Part shown: positions 19,692 through 31,466 of the stretch, piece after piece
Position numbering within the stretch: the first letter of the stretch is position 1
Layout: each line of letters begins with the position of its first letter
Origin: an uncultured delta proteobacterium
GTDB lineage: Bacteria > Desulfobacterota > Syntrophorhabdia > Syntrophorhabdales > Syntrophorhabdaceae
DNA length: 64,000 nucleotides
Assembly (NCBI GenBank): GCA_963783625.1
Contig: CAWAOG010000034.1
Location: 58,368-122,367, forward strand
Reading direction: 5' to 3'
Notes under the pieces: generated by a model
What the model saw: only the letters and a program-made list of their open reading frames with translations
Databases searched by the model: none
Told to the model about the DNA's origin: nothing
Made by a program: the position numbers and the translations under genes

Positions 19692-20810
19692 ATGATTGGG
19701 AATGACAATATCACACTTATGGCGGTTGGAGATGTGGGACCTAACCGTGATGATCCCCCGTCCATATTTGAGTTCGTCACGCCTGTAATCGGCCAGGCTG
19801 ATATCGCCTTTTGCCAACTAGAGCGGATCTTCTCTACGAGAGGTACGCCCGAAGTTACCATTCGCTCCCATCATTCGCGGGTCGATCCGAAAAACGTCTC
19901 GGCGCTGACAGCCGCGGGTTTCCACGTGGTTTCCTTTGCAAGCAACCACTCCCTCGACTGGGGACACACTGCATTCCTCGACACTGTCGAGCTACTCCGC
20001 AGCAACGGAATGCTGCCCCTGGGCGTCGGGAAGGATATCGAAGAGGCACGGAAACCCGTGATTGTGGAGCGAAATGGGATTCGTGTCGCTTTCCTCGGCT
20101 ACTGTACAGTTCTCCCGAAAGGCTATGATGCGGCACCTGGCATCCCCGGGTGTACACCCCTGCGTGCAAAAACCTTCTACGAACAGATCGACTGGCAGGC
20201 AGGAACGCCGCCCAGAATAGTAACGTTCACAGAGGAGCGTGATCTGCAAGCCATGATCGATGATATTAAAAAGGTCAGGGTGATTGCCGATGTCGTTGTT
20301 GTATCCATGCATTGGGGCGTCCATTTTGCTCCAGAAATTATCGCAATGTACCAACGGGAAGCTGGTCACGCGGCGATCGACGCCGGTGCAGACCTGATCT
20401 TGGGTCATCATGCCCATATTTTGAAGGGAGTTGAGGTTTACAAGAATAAGGTTATTTTCCACAGCCTTGGTAATTTCGCCTTTGACACGTCCGCAGCCTT
20501 TAACATGAATGACGCTGGTTCTATCGAATTACGAAAGCGCTACCCCTGGGACGTTGACCCCGAGTATGTGGGTTATGGCCATCCTGTAGATTCACGAAAA
20601 ACATTGATCACCAAAGTGCAGATCAGAAAAAGTGGGATTGAACGAGTTTCATATCTTCCCGCGTACATTAACAAGTATGCTCAGCCGGAGGTCTTAAAAG
20701 CCGATGATCCTCGTTTTCAACAAGTGGTTTCATACGTCGAAAAGGTCACGAGAAGTCAGGGACTCCCAGCGAATTTCGCGATTGAAGCCGATGAGGTAAT
20801 GGTGACGTAA
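19692..20810 (+). CDS. CapA/PGA_cap-family metallophosphoesterase-fold protein
   Basis: Intact ORF with MAVGDV...SNHSLDWG...GHHAH. AGGAGG lies 5 nt upstream of ATG 19692. Confidence 0.8.
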   Translation: MIGNDNITLMAVGDVGPNRDDPPSIFEFVTPVIGQADIAFCQLERIFSTRGTPEVTIRSHHSRVDPKNVSALTAAGFHVVSFASNHSLDWGHTAFLDTVELLRSNGMLPLGVGKDIEEARKPVIVERNGIRVAFLGYCTVLPKGYDAAPGIPGCTPLRAKTFYEQIDWQAGTPPRIVTFTEERDLQAMIDDIKKVRVIADVVVVSMHWGVHFAPEIIAMYQREAGHAAIDAGADLILGHHAHILKGVEVYKNKVIFHSLGNFAFDTSAAFNMNDAGSIELRKRYPWDVDPEYVGYGHPVDSRKTLITKVQIRKSGIERVSYLPAYINKYAQPEVLKADDPRFQQVVSYVEKVTRSQGLPANFAIEADEVMVT

Positions 20811-20864
20811 TGCGGGAGGGACGTGATGCAAAAGCGTCTCTCCAAGAAATTGAGAGGAGAAATA

Positions 20865-21989
20865 ATGAACCAGGAACAATTGACTATGCTTGCGGTCGGG
20901 GACATCTCTCTCGGGATGCCGAACGCGGAATTCTTTTTCGAACTTGTCGCTCCGACTGTCCGCCAAGCGGATGTGGTGGTCGGACAGGTGGAACACGTCT
21001 TCACGGCGAGGCCGATTAAGACGCGAATCGATACCACAGCGCCACCGGCGGACCCTGCCAATATGAAAGCGCTTAGCTTCACGGGTCTCACAGTGGGGAC
21101 ACTCGCGAGTAATCATGTATGGGACTCCGGACCTTTCGGTATCGAGGACACCATCGCCGGCCTGCATTCATTGGGCATCGCAACTCTTGGGGCTGGCATG
21201 AACATCGATGAAGCGCGAAAACCGGTGATCATCGAAAAAAAGGGAACTCGCATCGGTTTTCTTGATTACAACTGTGTTGGACCAAAAGAGACGTGGGCAG
21301 GGAGGGATAAGGCAGGTTGTGCCTACGTTCACATTATTACTTATTATGAGCTCGACAACCCGAGCCCGGGCGGCCCACCGACCATCTACACATTCCCGGA
21401 TCCAAAGAGCCTGACAGCTATGGTGGAAGACGTGAAAAAACTGAGATCTGCGTGTGATGTGCTCGTCGTAACTCTTCATAAGGGAATTGGGCATACACCA
21501 ATAAAGATTGCAACCGCCGAACAGGATATTTCCAGGGCTGCCATCGATGCCGGCGCTGATCTCATTCTTGGTCATCACGCGCATATCCTGAAAGGGGTCG
21601 AGGTCTATAAAGGAAAAGTGATCTTCCACGGCCTCTGCAACTTTGTCACCGCCGTTCGACACCTGACGGACGACCCGAGCAAGGGCTCAAGCGACTGGGC
21701 GAGAAGGCGAAAGGAGCTTTTCCACTTTTCCCCAGATCCCGAATACCCCACGTACCCTTTCCATCCCGAGGCCCGCTACACGATCATCGCGAAAGTGCTT
21801 TTGGAGAGAGGAGCTATCACGGATGTCCGCTACGTCCCATGCCTGATGAACAAGAAAGGGCAGCCGGAGATCCTGACAGCGGACGAGCGAGGGCGGGAAG
21901 TGTTCGATTACGTCCGGAGGATAAGCCAGTCTGCTGGGCTCTCCTCACGGTTCGAATGGGAGGGAGATGAGGTCAGGATCCTCGAATAA
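20865..21989 (+). CDS. CapA/PGA_cap-family protein (paralog)
   Basis: Intact ORF with the same motifs (LAVGDI...SNHVWDSG...GHHAH). GAGAGGAG lies upstream of ATG 20865. Confidence 0.8.
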   Translation: MNQEQLTMLAVGDISLGMPNAEFFFELVAPTVRQADVVVGQVEHVFTARPIKTRIDTTAPPADPANMKALSFTGLTVGTLASNHVWDSGPFGIEDTIAGLHSLGIATLGAGMNIDEARKPVIIEKKGTRIGFLDYNCVGPKETWAGRDKAGCAYVHIITYYELDNPSPGGPPTIYTFPDPKSLTAMVEDVKKLRSACDVLVVTLHKGIGHTPIKIATAEQDISRAAIDAGADLILGHHAHILKGVEVYKGKVIFHGLCNFVTAVRHLTDDPSKGSSDWARRRKELFHFSPDPEYPTYPFHPEARYTIIAKVLLERGAITDVRYVPCLMNKKGQPEILTADERGREVFDYVRRISQSAGLSSRFEWEGDEVRILE

Positions 21990-22015
21990 CTATGCAAGTA
22001 AAAGGAGGAGTTCTT

Positions 22016-23627
22016 ATGAAAATGACCAAAAGATGCTTTATCATTGTAGCGTTGTGCCTGTTCTTCGGAACCAGTCTCGAAATCTCAATGGCCGATATAG
22101 CAAACGGTGCCGAGAAGGGCCAATCCCAGCCTCAGACGCAGGAGGCGAAGAGCGCGAAGACGCCTCAATATGGCGGGACACTCAGGGTCGTGAGCGTCTC
22201 GGAGGGGAGAGATATTGGCTATCCTCCCAAACTCAACGTATCAGACGGCTATCGGGTGGCAGGGGCAGCCATCGAGACGCTCTTTCGGATGGACCGGACA
22301 GCCAATCTGGTGCCCTGGCTTGCGACGTCCCGCAAAGAAGACGCGAAGGCAAAGACAATCATCCTGACGCTGAGACAGGGAGTGAAATTTCATGATGGAA
22401 CCGACTTCAATGCGGAGGCGGTCAAATGGAACCTTGATGAGGGGGTGAGGAACAAGGTGGCGGGGACCGATAAAATCAAGTCGGTCGACCTTGTTAATGA
22501 TAGAACGATCCGGATCAATCTCACGGAATGGGACAATGGTGTGTCCAACAACCTTGCCCAGAACCTTGGTATGATTATCTCACCGACCACTTACAAGACG
22601 AAGGGCGAGGACTGGGCAGCTACCCATCCCATCGGCACGGGGCCGTTTGAATTTGTGAGCTGGGAAAAGGACCAGAAAGTAACGTTCAAGAAATTCCCCG
22701 GTTACTGGCAGAAGGGAAAGCCTTATCTCGACAGGATCGAGTTTAATGTCGTCGTCGACAGCATGACGCGCGAATTCACGTTGCGAAATAGGGAGGCTGA
22801 TCTCATGATGGGTGTGGTATCGCCGAAGATCGTGGTTGGCCTCCAGAGGGATGGATTCGAGCTGACAAGCATGTATCCAGGTTCAGGTTCGACGAGCCTA
22901 GTGCCCGCATCGGCTGATCCGCAATCCCCTTGGGCGGATGTGAGAGTCAGGCGCGCGGTTGCTCACGCGATTGACAGGGGTGCAATCGTTAAGAACGTCT
23001 ACCAGAATGTGTATGCTGTTGCCAATCAATGGGTACCATCGGGCCATTGGGGTTGGAATCCAGCGGTAGCTGGCTATGGCTACAACCCGGCGATGGCAAG
23101 GAAGCTTCTTACTGAGGCGGGTTACCCCAACGGGTTCAAGACAAAGCTGACCTACCGGAGTACCGCTGAATACGATCAGACCTTTATCGCCGTCCAAGGC
23201 TTCCTCAAAGAGGTAGGTATCGACATGAGTGCTCGAACCGGTGGCGACGACCGCAGTCCTCCATCGGTTGCAGTACGATGGCGTCAAATGGGATGGGCTG
23301 TTGGTGAGCGGGGCTAACTCCAACCCTGACGCGGCGTCATATCTGGCGCTCAGGTATTCGGGGGGAGGAAAGAATTTCAATATGATGGTAGTGCCGGACG
23401 ACTATGTAAAAGCCGTGAAGAGCAGTATCACTGCCACCGACTTCAAGACCAAGCAGAAGATGGTCCACGCGGCGATGAAGCTGATGATCGATAAGTACGC
23501 CCTCGTTATTCCCCTGTTCAGTATCACCGACACCACGGTATGTGTGCCGGCCGTGCATGCGCACGGGATGACAACGACCCAGAGCAATCTCTGGACGCCG
23601 GAAAACGTCTGGATGGAGAAGCGGTAG
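22016..23627 (+). CDS. ABC substrate-binding protein, family 5, one frame break near 23225
   Basis: ORF 21992..23317 (signal peptide MKMTKRCFIIVALCLFF) continues in ORF 23229..23627. Confidence 0.8.
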
Positions 23628-23635
23628 AGGCTAAG

Positions 23636-23845
23636 AACAGCATAATTGTTGCCTGTACTATTGAAGGGGACAAGGTCGGAAGAGTCGGTTTTCTGCCATG
23701 CCTCGTGAACAAGAAGGGGTAGCCGGAGGTGCTCAAGAGTGAGGAAAAGGGGCAGCAGGTTTTTAAGTAATGGACAAGATAACGAGAGGGCCAAATTGAA
23801 CACCCAGCGTGAGTGGAAGGAGACGAAGTTGTGGTACTCACGTCG
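23636..23845 (+). pseudogene. C-terminal remnant of a third CapA-family gene (truncated, in-frame TAG, frame break)
   Basis: NSIIVACTIEGDKVGRVGFLPCLVNKKG*PEVLKSEEKGQQVF aligns with the CapA-2 tail YTIIAKVLLERGAITDVRYVPCLMNKKGQPEILTADERGREVF. It then reads ...REWKGDEVVVL, against FEWEGDEVRILE in CapA-2. Confidence 0.6.
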
Positions 23846-23955
23846 CCAGATCTTCTTGTGGCCACGCAAGAGTTACCCCGATGGCTAGGAGTACAGATAG
23901 AAGAGGAAGCCCAAATGTAAACCGTCTTATGACGGGAGGAGGGGCTGAGAAAATT

Positions 23956-24773
23956 ATGTTTGTTGCCGGAATAGACATCGGTTCTTTAACCGGCCAAGGC
24001 CGTCATTCTCGATGATGAAGGCCGGGTTGTGGGCCAAGCCATCACCCTTACCGGCGCTTTCAGTCAAAAAGCAGGAGAGAACGCCTTTGAGATGGCCCTC
24101 ACTATGGCCGGGATAGGAGCGTCAGACATCACATACATCCTTGCCACAGGATACGGAAGAAAAAACATCCCTTTTGCCAATGCCGAGATGACAGAGATCT
24201 CCTGCCACGCGAAAGGCGCCCATAAACTTTTTCCTGAAGTACGAACGATTATCGACATCGGCGGGACAGGACAGTAAAGCCATCGCCTCAGTGAATCCGG
24301 TTCCCCTAATTTTATCATGAACGATAAGTGCGCGGCGGGCTGCGGCCGATTTTCTGGAGGTGATGGCGCGGGCGCTGGAAACGGAAGTGGACAAGATGGG
24401 AGAATTATCCTTGAGTTCGACAAAAATCATACAGATCAGCAGCATGTGCACGGTATTCGCGGAATCGGAAGTGGTCTCCGCAGTGGCAATAAGTGCAGCC
24501 GAAGTGATATCATCAATGGCATCCATCAAGCGATCGCCAAGCGGGTATCGATCATGGTTGACCATGTGGGACTTGCCGAACGGGTCGTGATGAGCGGAGG
24601 AGTCGCGAAGAACATAGGTGTGGTGCGGTCGCTGGAAAAGTCAACTTGGAACAACGATCCTTGTCCCCAAAGAGCCTCAATTAGTAGGGGCCTTTGGGGC
24701 GGCACTTATCGCGCCTCGAAAAAGCAGAATTTCACGAACAGTCGGAAGAGAAGATTTAATGCTACAGAAATGA
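23956..24773 (+). CDS. BcrAD/BadFG-family ATPase, 2-hydroxyacyl-CoA dehydratase activator (HgdC/FldI/HadI-like), at least 4 frame breaks
   Basis: Fragments: MFVAGIDIGSLT..., GQAITLTG...IIDIGG(QD), NDKCAAGCGRF, ELSLSSTKIIQISSMCTVFAESEVVS, IINGIHQAIAKRV...MSGGVAKN, TTILVPKEPQLVGAFGAALIA. Confidence 0.75.
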
Positions 24774-24862
24774 AGAGTGGGATTGAAACACTAAAAATTA
24801 AGGAGTCATTTTAATACATCAGCATTATTTTTCATTATTCATCAAAACCAAGGAGGTTTATT

Positions 24863-25968
24863 ATGAAAAGTTTTCTTCACTTGTAAGCACGGAATCATTA
24901 TTGGCAATAGTGGTATGCTCATCCTGTTCAATGTTGTTTGCTAGTTCATGCAGTGAACGTGGCAGCGCCACCTATGAGCAGGAGCAACAAAGCCTCTATC
25001 AGGCAGCGAAAACCGAAGGAAAAGTCATACTCTATACTTCGGGCGATACGGTGGAGATGCAGAAAATGCTTAAGGCCTTTGAAACAAGGTATCCCGGTAT
25101 CAAGACAGAGTTTTATCGTGCCGGATCAGGGACCGTGCTCGAAAAACTGATGTCAGAACATGAAGCCAAAATCTATAGTGCAGATGTTCTCTTTTTCCAT
25201 GCAGGGTTTGCATGGCCGGAAATGAAAAACAAAGGCATGCTTATGCGTTATGATAGTCCTGTTTACACCAGCTTTCCCAAAAATGGTATTGATCCCGGCT
25301 ATACAATCTCGTCGAGAAATCTTGGAACCTTCATTGCCTATAATACGAACCTTGTTCCGGCCCAGGTTGTGGCAAAGACAAAAACTTTTGAAGATTGGGT
25401 AAAACTGGCAGAGCAGAAGGAGTACCAGAACCGTTTTGGTTCTCAGGACCTGGCAACCGGAGGAGGAATTGAATCTGTTTTTACGGTTTTGTCCGATAAA
25501 GGTGAAGAAAAAGGCAAGGCGTTCTATCGACGGCTCTTCGCCGCGGGCATGCGTATGAATCAGGGAGGCGCTGACCAGTTGAATGCCGTTGTATCGGGCC
25601 AGGAAGCCTTTGATTTTTTCGTGCCAAGCCAGCGTTTCGCGGCTGCAATTGAAAAAGGTGCCCCTGTCAAAGCCGCGGTATTAAGCGATGGTCAGCCTGT
25701 TCATCTCTCACCTATGTCTATTTACGCCAAAGCGCCGCATCCAAATGCCGCTAAGCTGCTCTTTAACTGGTTTAACTCAACGGAAGGACAGACACTCATT
25801 GTGGAAGTGACAGGCAATTACTCTCTGCTGCCCGGCACGCCGACACCAAAAGGTTTTCCGGCCGTAAAGGATATGAAGGTCATCCAGGTACCTATGGCAA
25901 AGTGGGAGGAAATGGGGCGGAGAACTGACGAACTAATCCAGTTTATTGATGGGTTAAAGAAGAAATAG
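24863..25968 (+). CDS. ABC substrate-binding protein, family 1 (Fe3+/polyamine-type), frame break within the signal peptide
   Basis: AAGGAGG then ATG 24863 (MKSFLHL*). The body is ORF 24901..25968, with the lipobox-like LFASSC. Confidence 0.75.
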
Positions 25969-26030
25969 GAGCCAGCATTGATGTGCACAGACCAGGGTGC
26001 GCTTGAAAGTGAAGAGAATGGGAGACGATA

Positions 26031-27782
26031 TTGAATACTGATAACGCGTTATCGCAGGACAAAAAACAGATTGAGCGTTCCCGTCGGGACTTGAGGCAGA
26101 AGGCATTCGAGTGGTTTTTGCAGCGTATACCAATCATCGTTATGGCTTTTCTCGTGTTGTATCCCATCTCCATGTTATTGTACGGAAGTTTCTGGAGCGC
26201 GACCCGTATCACAAGCCCGGGATATCTGACCATCAACAATTTCATCAGTGTACTGAAAAGCCCCAGGGTAATCAGCGCCATCGTGAATACCTTCTGGGTG
26301 ACCATTGGTACCACGGCTATCAGTGTGCTTATTGGTGTTCCTCTCGCGTGGCTTGTGGCGCGCACCAATATGCCCGGGCGCAGCAGGGTGAGAACGGTAA
26401 CCCTGCTTCCATTCTTCACAAGCAGCCTTCTCGTCGGGGTAAGCTGGGCCCTCCTGTTATCACCGGAAATAGGTCTTCTTAATAACCTTTTTTCCTCACT
26501 CGGCTTACCCCGATTCAATATCTTCTCCATTGGAGGGCTCATATGGGCAACAGGACTATATCACATTCCTTATATGTTTCTCTTTGCCTATCCGGCGTTT
26601 CAGTCCATTGATTCATCACTGGAAGAGAGCTCACAGGTCCTTGGCGCCAACGTGTTCACCACATTCCGAAAGATCACCTTTCCCCTCATCGCTCCCAGCA
26701 TCGTGTCGGGGGCCATCCTTGTGGCCGTGTCGAGCATAGGATTATTCGGTATTGTTGCCGTTTTGGGGACACCGAAGGGGATTTTCATGCTCACCAATTT
26801 TATTCAACGGCAGGTTGCCAGTTTTCCTGTCAAGCACAATGTTGCCGCAGCAGCATCAATGCTGCTTCTTATCGGCACCCTTATCTTTATTGCCATTCAA
26901 CGGCGTTTTGTTGCAAAAGAAAGTAAGCGGTTCGTCACTGTCTCCGGGAAAGTTCCCCGCGCGCGCACAGTGGATCTGGGAAAATGGCGATGGCCTGCGG
27001 CGGGCGTCTATGGTCTTTTTATCCTCATCGGGGTGTTGTTGCCTTATTTTATACTCGTCATCGTGTCACTTTCTGATTACTGGTCCGGGTCCATTTCGCT
27101 CAAGGCTCTAACGACTGGCAATTATTATGATCTTTTTTTCGGCACCTACGCGGTTCAGGTACGCAGCGCCTTTGCTAATAGTATGCTCCTTGGCGTGGGC
27201 GCCGCGACTCTTTCGGTGGCAATCTGTCTTATCATTGCCTGGGTCATCAACCGGGGCACGGGGTGGTTCAAAGTAATTGCCGAATTTCTTGCCATGGCAC
27301 CTGTTGCTGTCCCGGGAATAGTCTTCGGCGTGGCTTTTTTGTGGGCCTGGATCCGTTTTCCGATACAGATCTATGGCACCCTCTGGATACTCATTATTGC
27401 CTATGTGACGAGGACGATCCCTCACAGCACGCGGGTCCTCGGATCGAACATTATTCAGATATCGAAAGATCTTGAGGAATCCGCGAGAGTCGCTGGAGCA
27501 TCGTGGGTGAGCATTCTCAAGGATATTGTTTTTCCCCTTCTCAAACCGGGCCTCCTTGCCGCCTGGGCCTTTGTTTTCATACTATCCATCAAAGAGTTGA
27601 ATACCTCCATACTGCTCGTGACACCGAAAACAAATGTCATCGCAACACTTATTTATGATATTTATCAGGAAGGCTTCTACGTGAAATTGAGTGCCCTCGT
27701 GGTTATTGAGTCATTAATGATTATTGTTACACTGGCTGCCTTCGAATATATTTTGAAAGGGAAATTCATGTCTGTGAAATAA
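26031..27782 (+). CDS. ABC permease, duplicated two-domain type (FbpB/AfuB/ThiP-like)
   Basis: Intact 583-aa ORF with about 12 TM segments. Confidence 0.85.
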   Translation: MNTDNALSQDKKQIERSRRDLRQKAFEWFLQRIPIIVMAFLVLYPISMLLYGSFWSATRITSPGYLTINNFISVLKSPRVISAIVNTFWVTIGTTAISVLIGVPLAWLVARTNMPGRSRVRTVTLLPFFTSSLLVGVSWALLLSPEIGLLNNLFSSLGLPRFNIFSIGGLIWATGLYHIPYMFLFAYPAFQSIDSSLEESSQVLGANVFTTFRKITFPLIAPSIVSGAILVAVSSIGLFGIVAVLGTPKGIFMLTNFIQRQVASFPVKHNVAAAASMLLLIGTLIFIAIQRRFVAKESKRFVTVSGKVPRARTVDLGKWRWPAAGVYGLFILIGVLLPYFILVIVSLSDYWSGSISLKALTTGNYYDLFFGTYAVQVRSAFANSMLLGVGAATLSVAICLIIAWVINRGTGWFKVIAEFLAMAPVAVPGIVFGVAFLWAWIRFPIQIYGTLWILIIAYVTRTIPHSTRVLGSNIIQISKDLEESARVAGASWVSILKDIVFPLLKPGLLAAWAFVFILSIKELNTSILLVTPKTNVIATLIYDIYQEGFYVKLSALVVIESLMIIVTLAAFEYILKGKFMSVK

Positions 27783-27823
27783 ACCCGGACTTATGCAGAT
27801 CAACAGGTCGGAGGATTGAAAGA

Positions 27824-28909
27824 ATGATATCGGTACAAAACCTGACAAAGGTGTATGCAAAAGAAGGTCCTGCCGTGAATGATGTGAGTTTCAAAGTTCA
27901 TCAGGGAGAAATAGTGGCGCTGCTTGGACCCAGCGGGTGCGGAAAAACGACGATACTCAGGTGCATCGCGGGTTTTGAACAACCGAACTCCGGCGAAATT
28001 CATATCGACGATCAACTGGTGAGCAGCGGAAATAAGGGTATTCTGACGCCGGTAGAAAACAGAGGTTTGGGCTTTGTCCACCAAAGTTACGCCTTGTGGC
28101 CGCACAAGACTGTTTACAAGAACGTTGCTTATCCCCTTGAACTGCGCAGACGATCTCAGAAAGAAATCCGTGCGAAGGTTCGGATGATTCTCGAGTTAGT
28201 CCACCTGGAGGATACGCTGACCGGCTTCCATCAGAACTGAGTGGAGGAGAGCAGCAGCGCGTGGCGCTTGCACGAAGCCTTGTCTACGATCCGTCGGCCA
28301 TACTTCTTGATGAGCCCTTGAGTAATCTCGATGCCAAACTGAGAGAGCAGACCCGCTTTGAACTCAGACGCATATTCAAGGAACTCCATATCAGCGCCCT
28401 CTATGTGACCCATGATCAGAGCGAAGCGCTGGCCATTGCCGATCGTTGCATCGTCATGGAAAAGGGGCAGATACAGCAGATCGGCACGCCCATTGACCTT
28501 TATACGCGACCTGGATGTGCCTTTGTTGCCGATTTTATGGGGTCCTCCAATATCCTCAGAGGAACGCTCTGTACCGGCGACTTACAAAATATCGATGTAC
28601 AGTGGGGAACATTTCAGCATGAGTCTTCTCTATTTCCGAATGATAGCAAAGACGTTATGATGTGCATCAGGCCCAAGGATATTTCCCTGCACCGGAATGA
28701 TCCGCAGACAGCGAATACGTTCCAGGCAAAAATAACCGTGAAGACTTTCGCCGGAGATTTTTATAAATTTCTCGTGACCCCGCTTGAAGCAGCCTGATCT
28801 TGAAGTGCTCGTACATGTATATGATTATGAGAAGGCGGTCAGTATGTCCGAAGGTCAGATGGTCTATGTCTCTTTCCCGCCGCTATTCTGCAGACTCATC
28901 GCGACGTGA
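27824..28909 (+). CDS. ABC ATP-binding protein (FbpC/PotA-like, with C-terminal TOBE-like domain), frame breaks near 28215 and 28790
   Basis: Walker A GPSGCGKTT. The frame-corrected signature is LSGGEQQRVALARSL. The tail in a third frame reads ...DLEVLVHVYDYEKAVSMSEGQMVYVSFPPLFCRLIAT*. Confidence 0.85.
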
Positions 28910-28920
28910 GGGAAAAACAG

Positions 28921-30143
28921 ATGGAGCCGCAGTCAGACATGAATAGAAAGTTACATGAGAGCGACGCGCAGATGGAATTTCTAAACGGCGTGACGGTTAT
29001 TGAACTGAGTGAACATATCAGCGCTTCGGCCTGTACCAAGACCATGGTTGCACTGGGGGCCAGAGTGATCAAGATAGAAGCTCCTGGCGGTGGCGACCCC
29101 GCGCGGAGAATGGGGCCGTTTCCTCAAGACGAACCTCATCCGGAAAAGAGCGGGCTCTTTCTCTATCTCAATACGGGGAAAGAAGATATCACATTAAACC
29201 TGCACACAAAGGAAGGGCAGAAGATCTTTCGCGCGCTGGTTGAGAAAGCGGATATTTTGGTTGAAGACCTGGGCCCCGGCGTGATGGAAAGTTTAGGGCT
29301 CGGCTACGGAGAACTTGAAAAAAAAGTTCCGCATCTTGTCTATACCGCAATCACGCCTTTTGGCGAAAAGGGCCCCAACGTCCACTATGCATGGGAAGAC
29401 ATCGTTCTGGAAGCGGCGAGCGGCATGATGCTCCAGCAGGGAAGTCCGGAACGTGAACCCATAAAAATGGGGGGTAACATCATATATTACCGGGCCGGAG
29501 CATCGGCCTTTACAGGAAGTATGGCCGCCCTTCTTCACGCAGAGGCGACAGGAAAAGGGCAGAAGGTCGAGGTGTCGATTCAGGAAGTGCTCCTCCATGA
29601 TGATTTCATCACTGTCGAAGCCTATCTGTGCCGGGGAGAGGACCTCCGGAGAAGACTGGCACCCATGCTTCTTCCCTGCAAAGACGGTTGGTTTTATATT
29701 CGCGCTTTTCCTCATGAATGGCCGCGCCTTGCCAAAGCGCTGGATTTGCCTGAACTGGAAAAAGATGAACGGTTCATCGATATGCAAACACGGGGCGAAC
29801 ATGCGGATGAATTGAACGCCATTATCCTGTCGAGACTGGTGGAATACAGCAAGAAAGAAGTCTATGATAAACTGCAGCAACACAAGGTCTCAACAGCCTA
29901 TCTTGCAAACGTGGAAGATCTATTTCAATCCGAGCAATATCAGACACATGATTATTTTACACTATTCATCATCCTGCCACTGGGCCGCTGGCTTATCCAG
30001 GGGCATATGCGACGATGGAAGATGTGGAGTGGAAAGGTGGACGGGCGCCTCTTCTGGGCGAACACAACGCCGAAATTCTCTGCGATGGACTCGGATACAG
30101 CCGGCAGGATCTGGTCCGTTTAAGACAAATGGGAGTGATCTGA
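28921..30143 (+). CDS. family III CoA-transferase, frame break near 29960
   Basis: ORF 28906..30123. The corrected C-terminus is ...HDYFTTIHHPATGPLAYPG...APLLGEHNAEILCDGLGYSRQDLVRLRQMGVI*. Confidence 0.8.
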
Positions 30144-30145
30144 AA

Positions 30146-31466
30146 ATGGAAAACAGACCGGCCGCTCCATCTAAAACAAGAGTATTGGACCTCTCGATGT
30201 TCTGGGCGGGGGCCACCTGCGCGGAACTTCTCGGTGAACTGGATATGGAAGTAATTAAAATAGAATCATGCCGACATCCTGACCCGGACAGGATTGTTAC
30301 CCAGGGGCTTTTGTATCTCAATAATGAATTGGGCGATGTCCATGGAACAGGGGGATGTTGAACCTGAGACGGCATCGTAACAAACTTGGTATTACCCTCG
30401 ATCTGTCCCATCCGGAAGGAAGGGGCGTTTTTCTTAAGTTGGTGGCAATGAGCGACATTGTAGTCGAAAATTTTCGAATGGGTGTCATGGAGAAACTAGG
30501 GATCGGTTACAACGTATTAAAGGACATTCAATCCCGGGATAATCCTTTTATCGGTGTCGAGTCAGGGCGAAAACGGCCCGGAAAGAACATACGGTTCCAA
30601 CGCAGAAATTCTTGCCTTTACAAGCGGGGTCAGATCTATTTCCGACTATGAAAATGAAATTGGTATGTTTACTGCTACGAATATCCCTGATCCTCTTTCC
30701 GGCACAGTTTCGGCAGGGTTTGCACTGGGGGCGCTCCGCTATCGGAGAAAAACCGGGAAGGGTATCCATGTGGTCATTTCGCAGCGTGAACTGTTGACGA
30801 GCTGTATAGGTGACGTTATCATGGATTATTCCATGAACGGACGTATTCCGCAGCCAAAAGGCAACGCGCATTCTTTTTATGCCCCTCACGGCTGTTATCC
30901 CTGTAAAGGTAAAGATTCATGGATCGCCATCGTAGTAAAGGACGACGATGAATGGGGGGAAGTTCTGTGAAGCGATGGATATACGGGAACTCGCAAAAGA
31001 TCCCCGTTTTGGCGGTGGTTTGAATCGCTGGCGTCACAGAGCGGAGATCGATAAAGTGATTGCCTCTCGGACGATTGCTTATGAAAGAAAAGAACTCATG
31101 GATCTTTTGCAGGAGAAGAATATTGCCGCTTCATCTCTCCTTTCAGTGCCGGACCTAATGCAGGACCGGCATCTTAAAGCCCGTCAATACTGGGACACAA
31201 TCGAAGACCCCCGACCTGGTTTTGGCAGCTATATCTGCAAGGGCAAGGGGTTTACCCTGTCGAGAACGCCCATGAAAACTGACGGCAGGGCTCCTGATCT
31301 GGGAGAACATAATGGATATGTTTACGGGGAAGTCTTAGGTATGTCAGGGGACGAGATGAAGAGACTTGAAGAAAAGGGCATTATAGGTACTGTTCCAACC
31401 CCCGATGTTCTGGAGCGGATACCAAAATCTCTTCCCGAATCCAGCGCGCGAAAGAAAAAAAATTAG
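30146..31466 (+). CDS. family III CoA-transferase, at least 3 frame breaks
   Basis: Colinear fragments in ORFs 29864..30361 (from MENRPAAPSKTRVLDLS), 30355..30651, 30554..30970 and 30948..31466 (...APDLGEHNGYVYGEVLGM). Confidence 0.8.
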
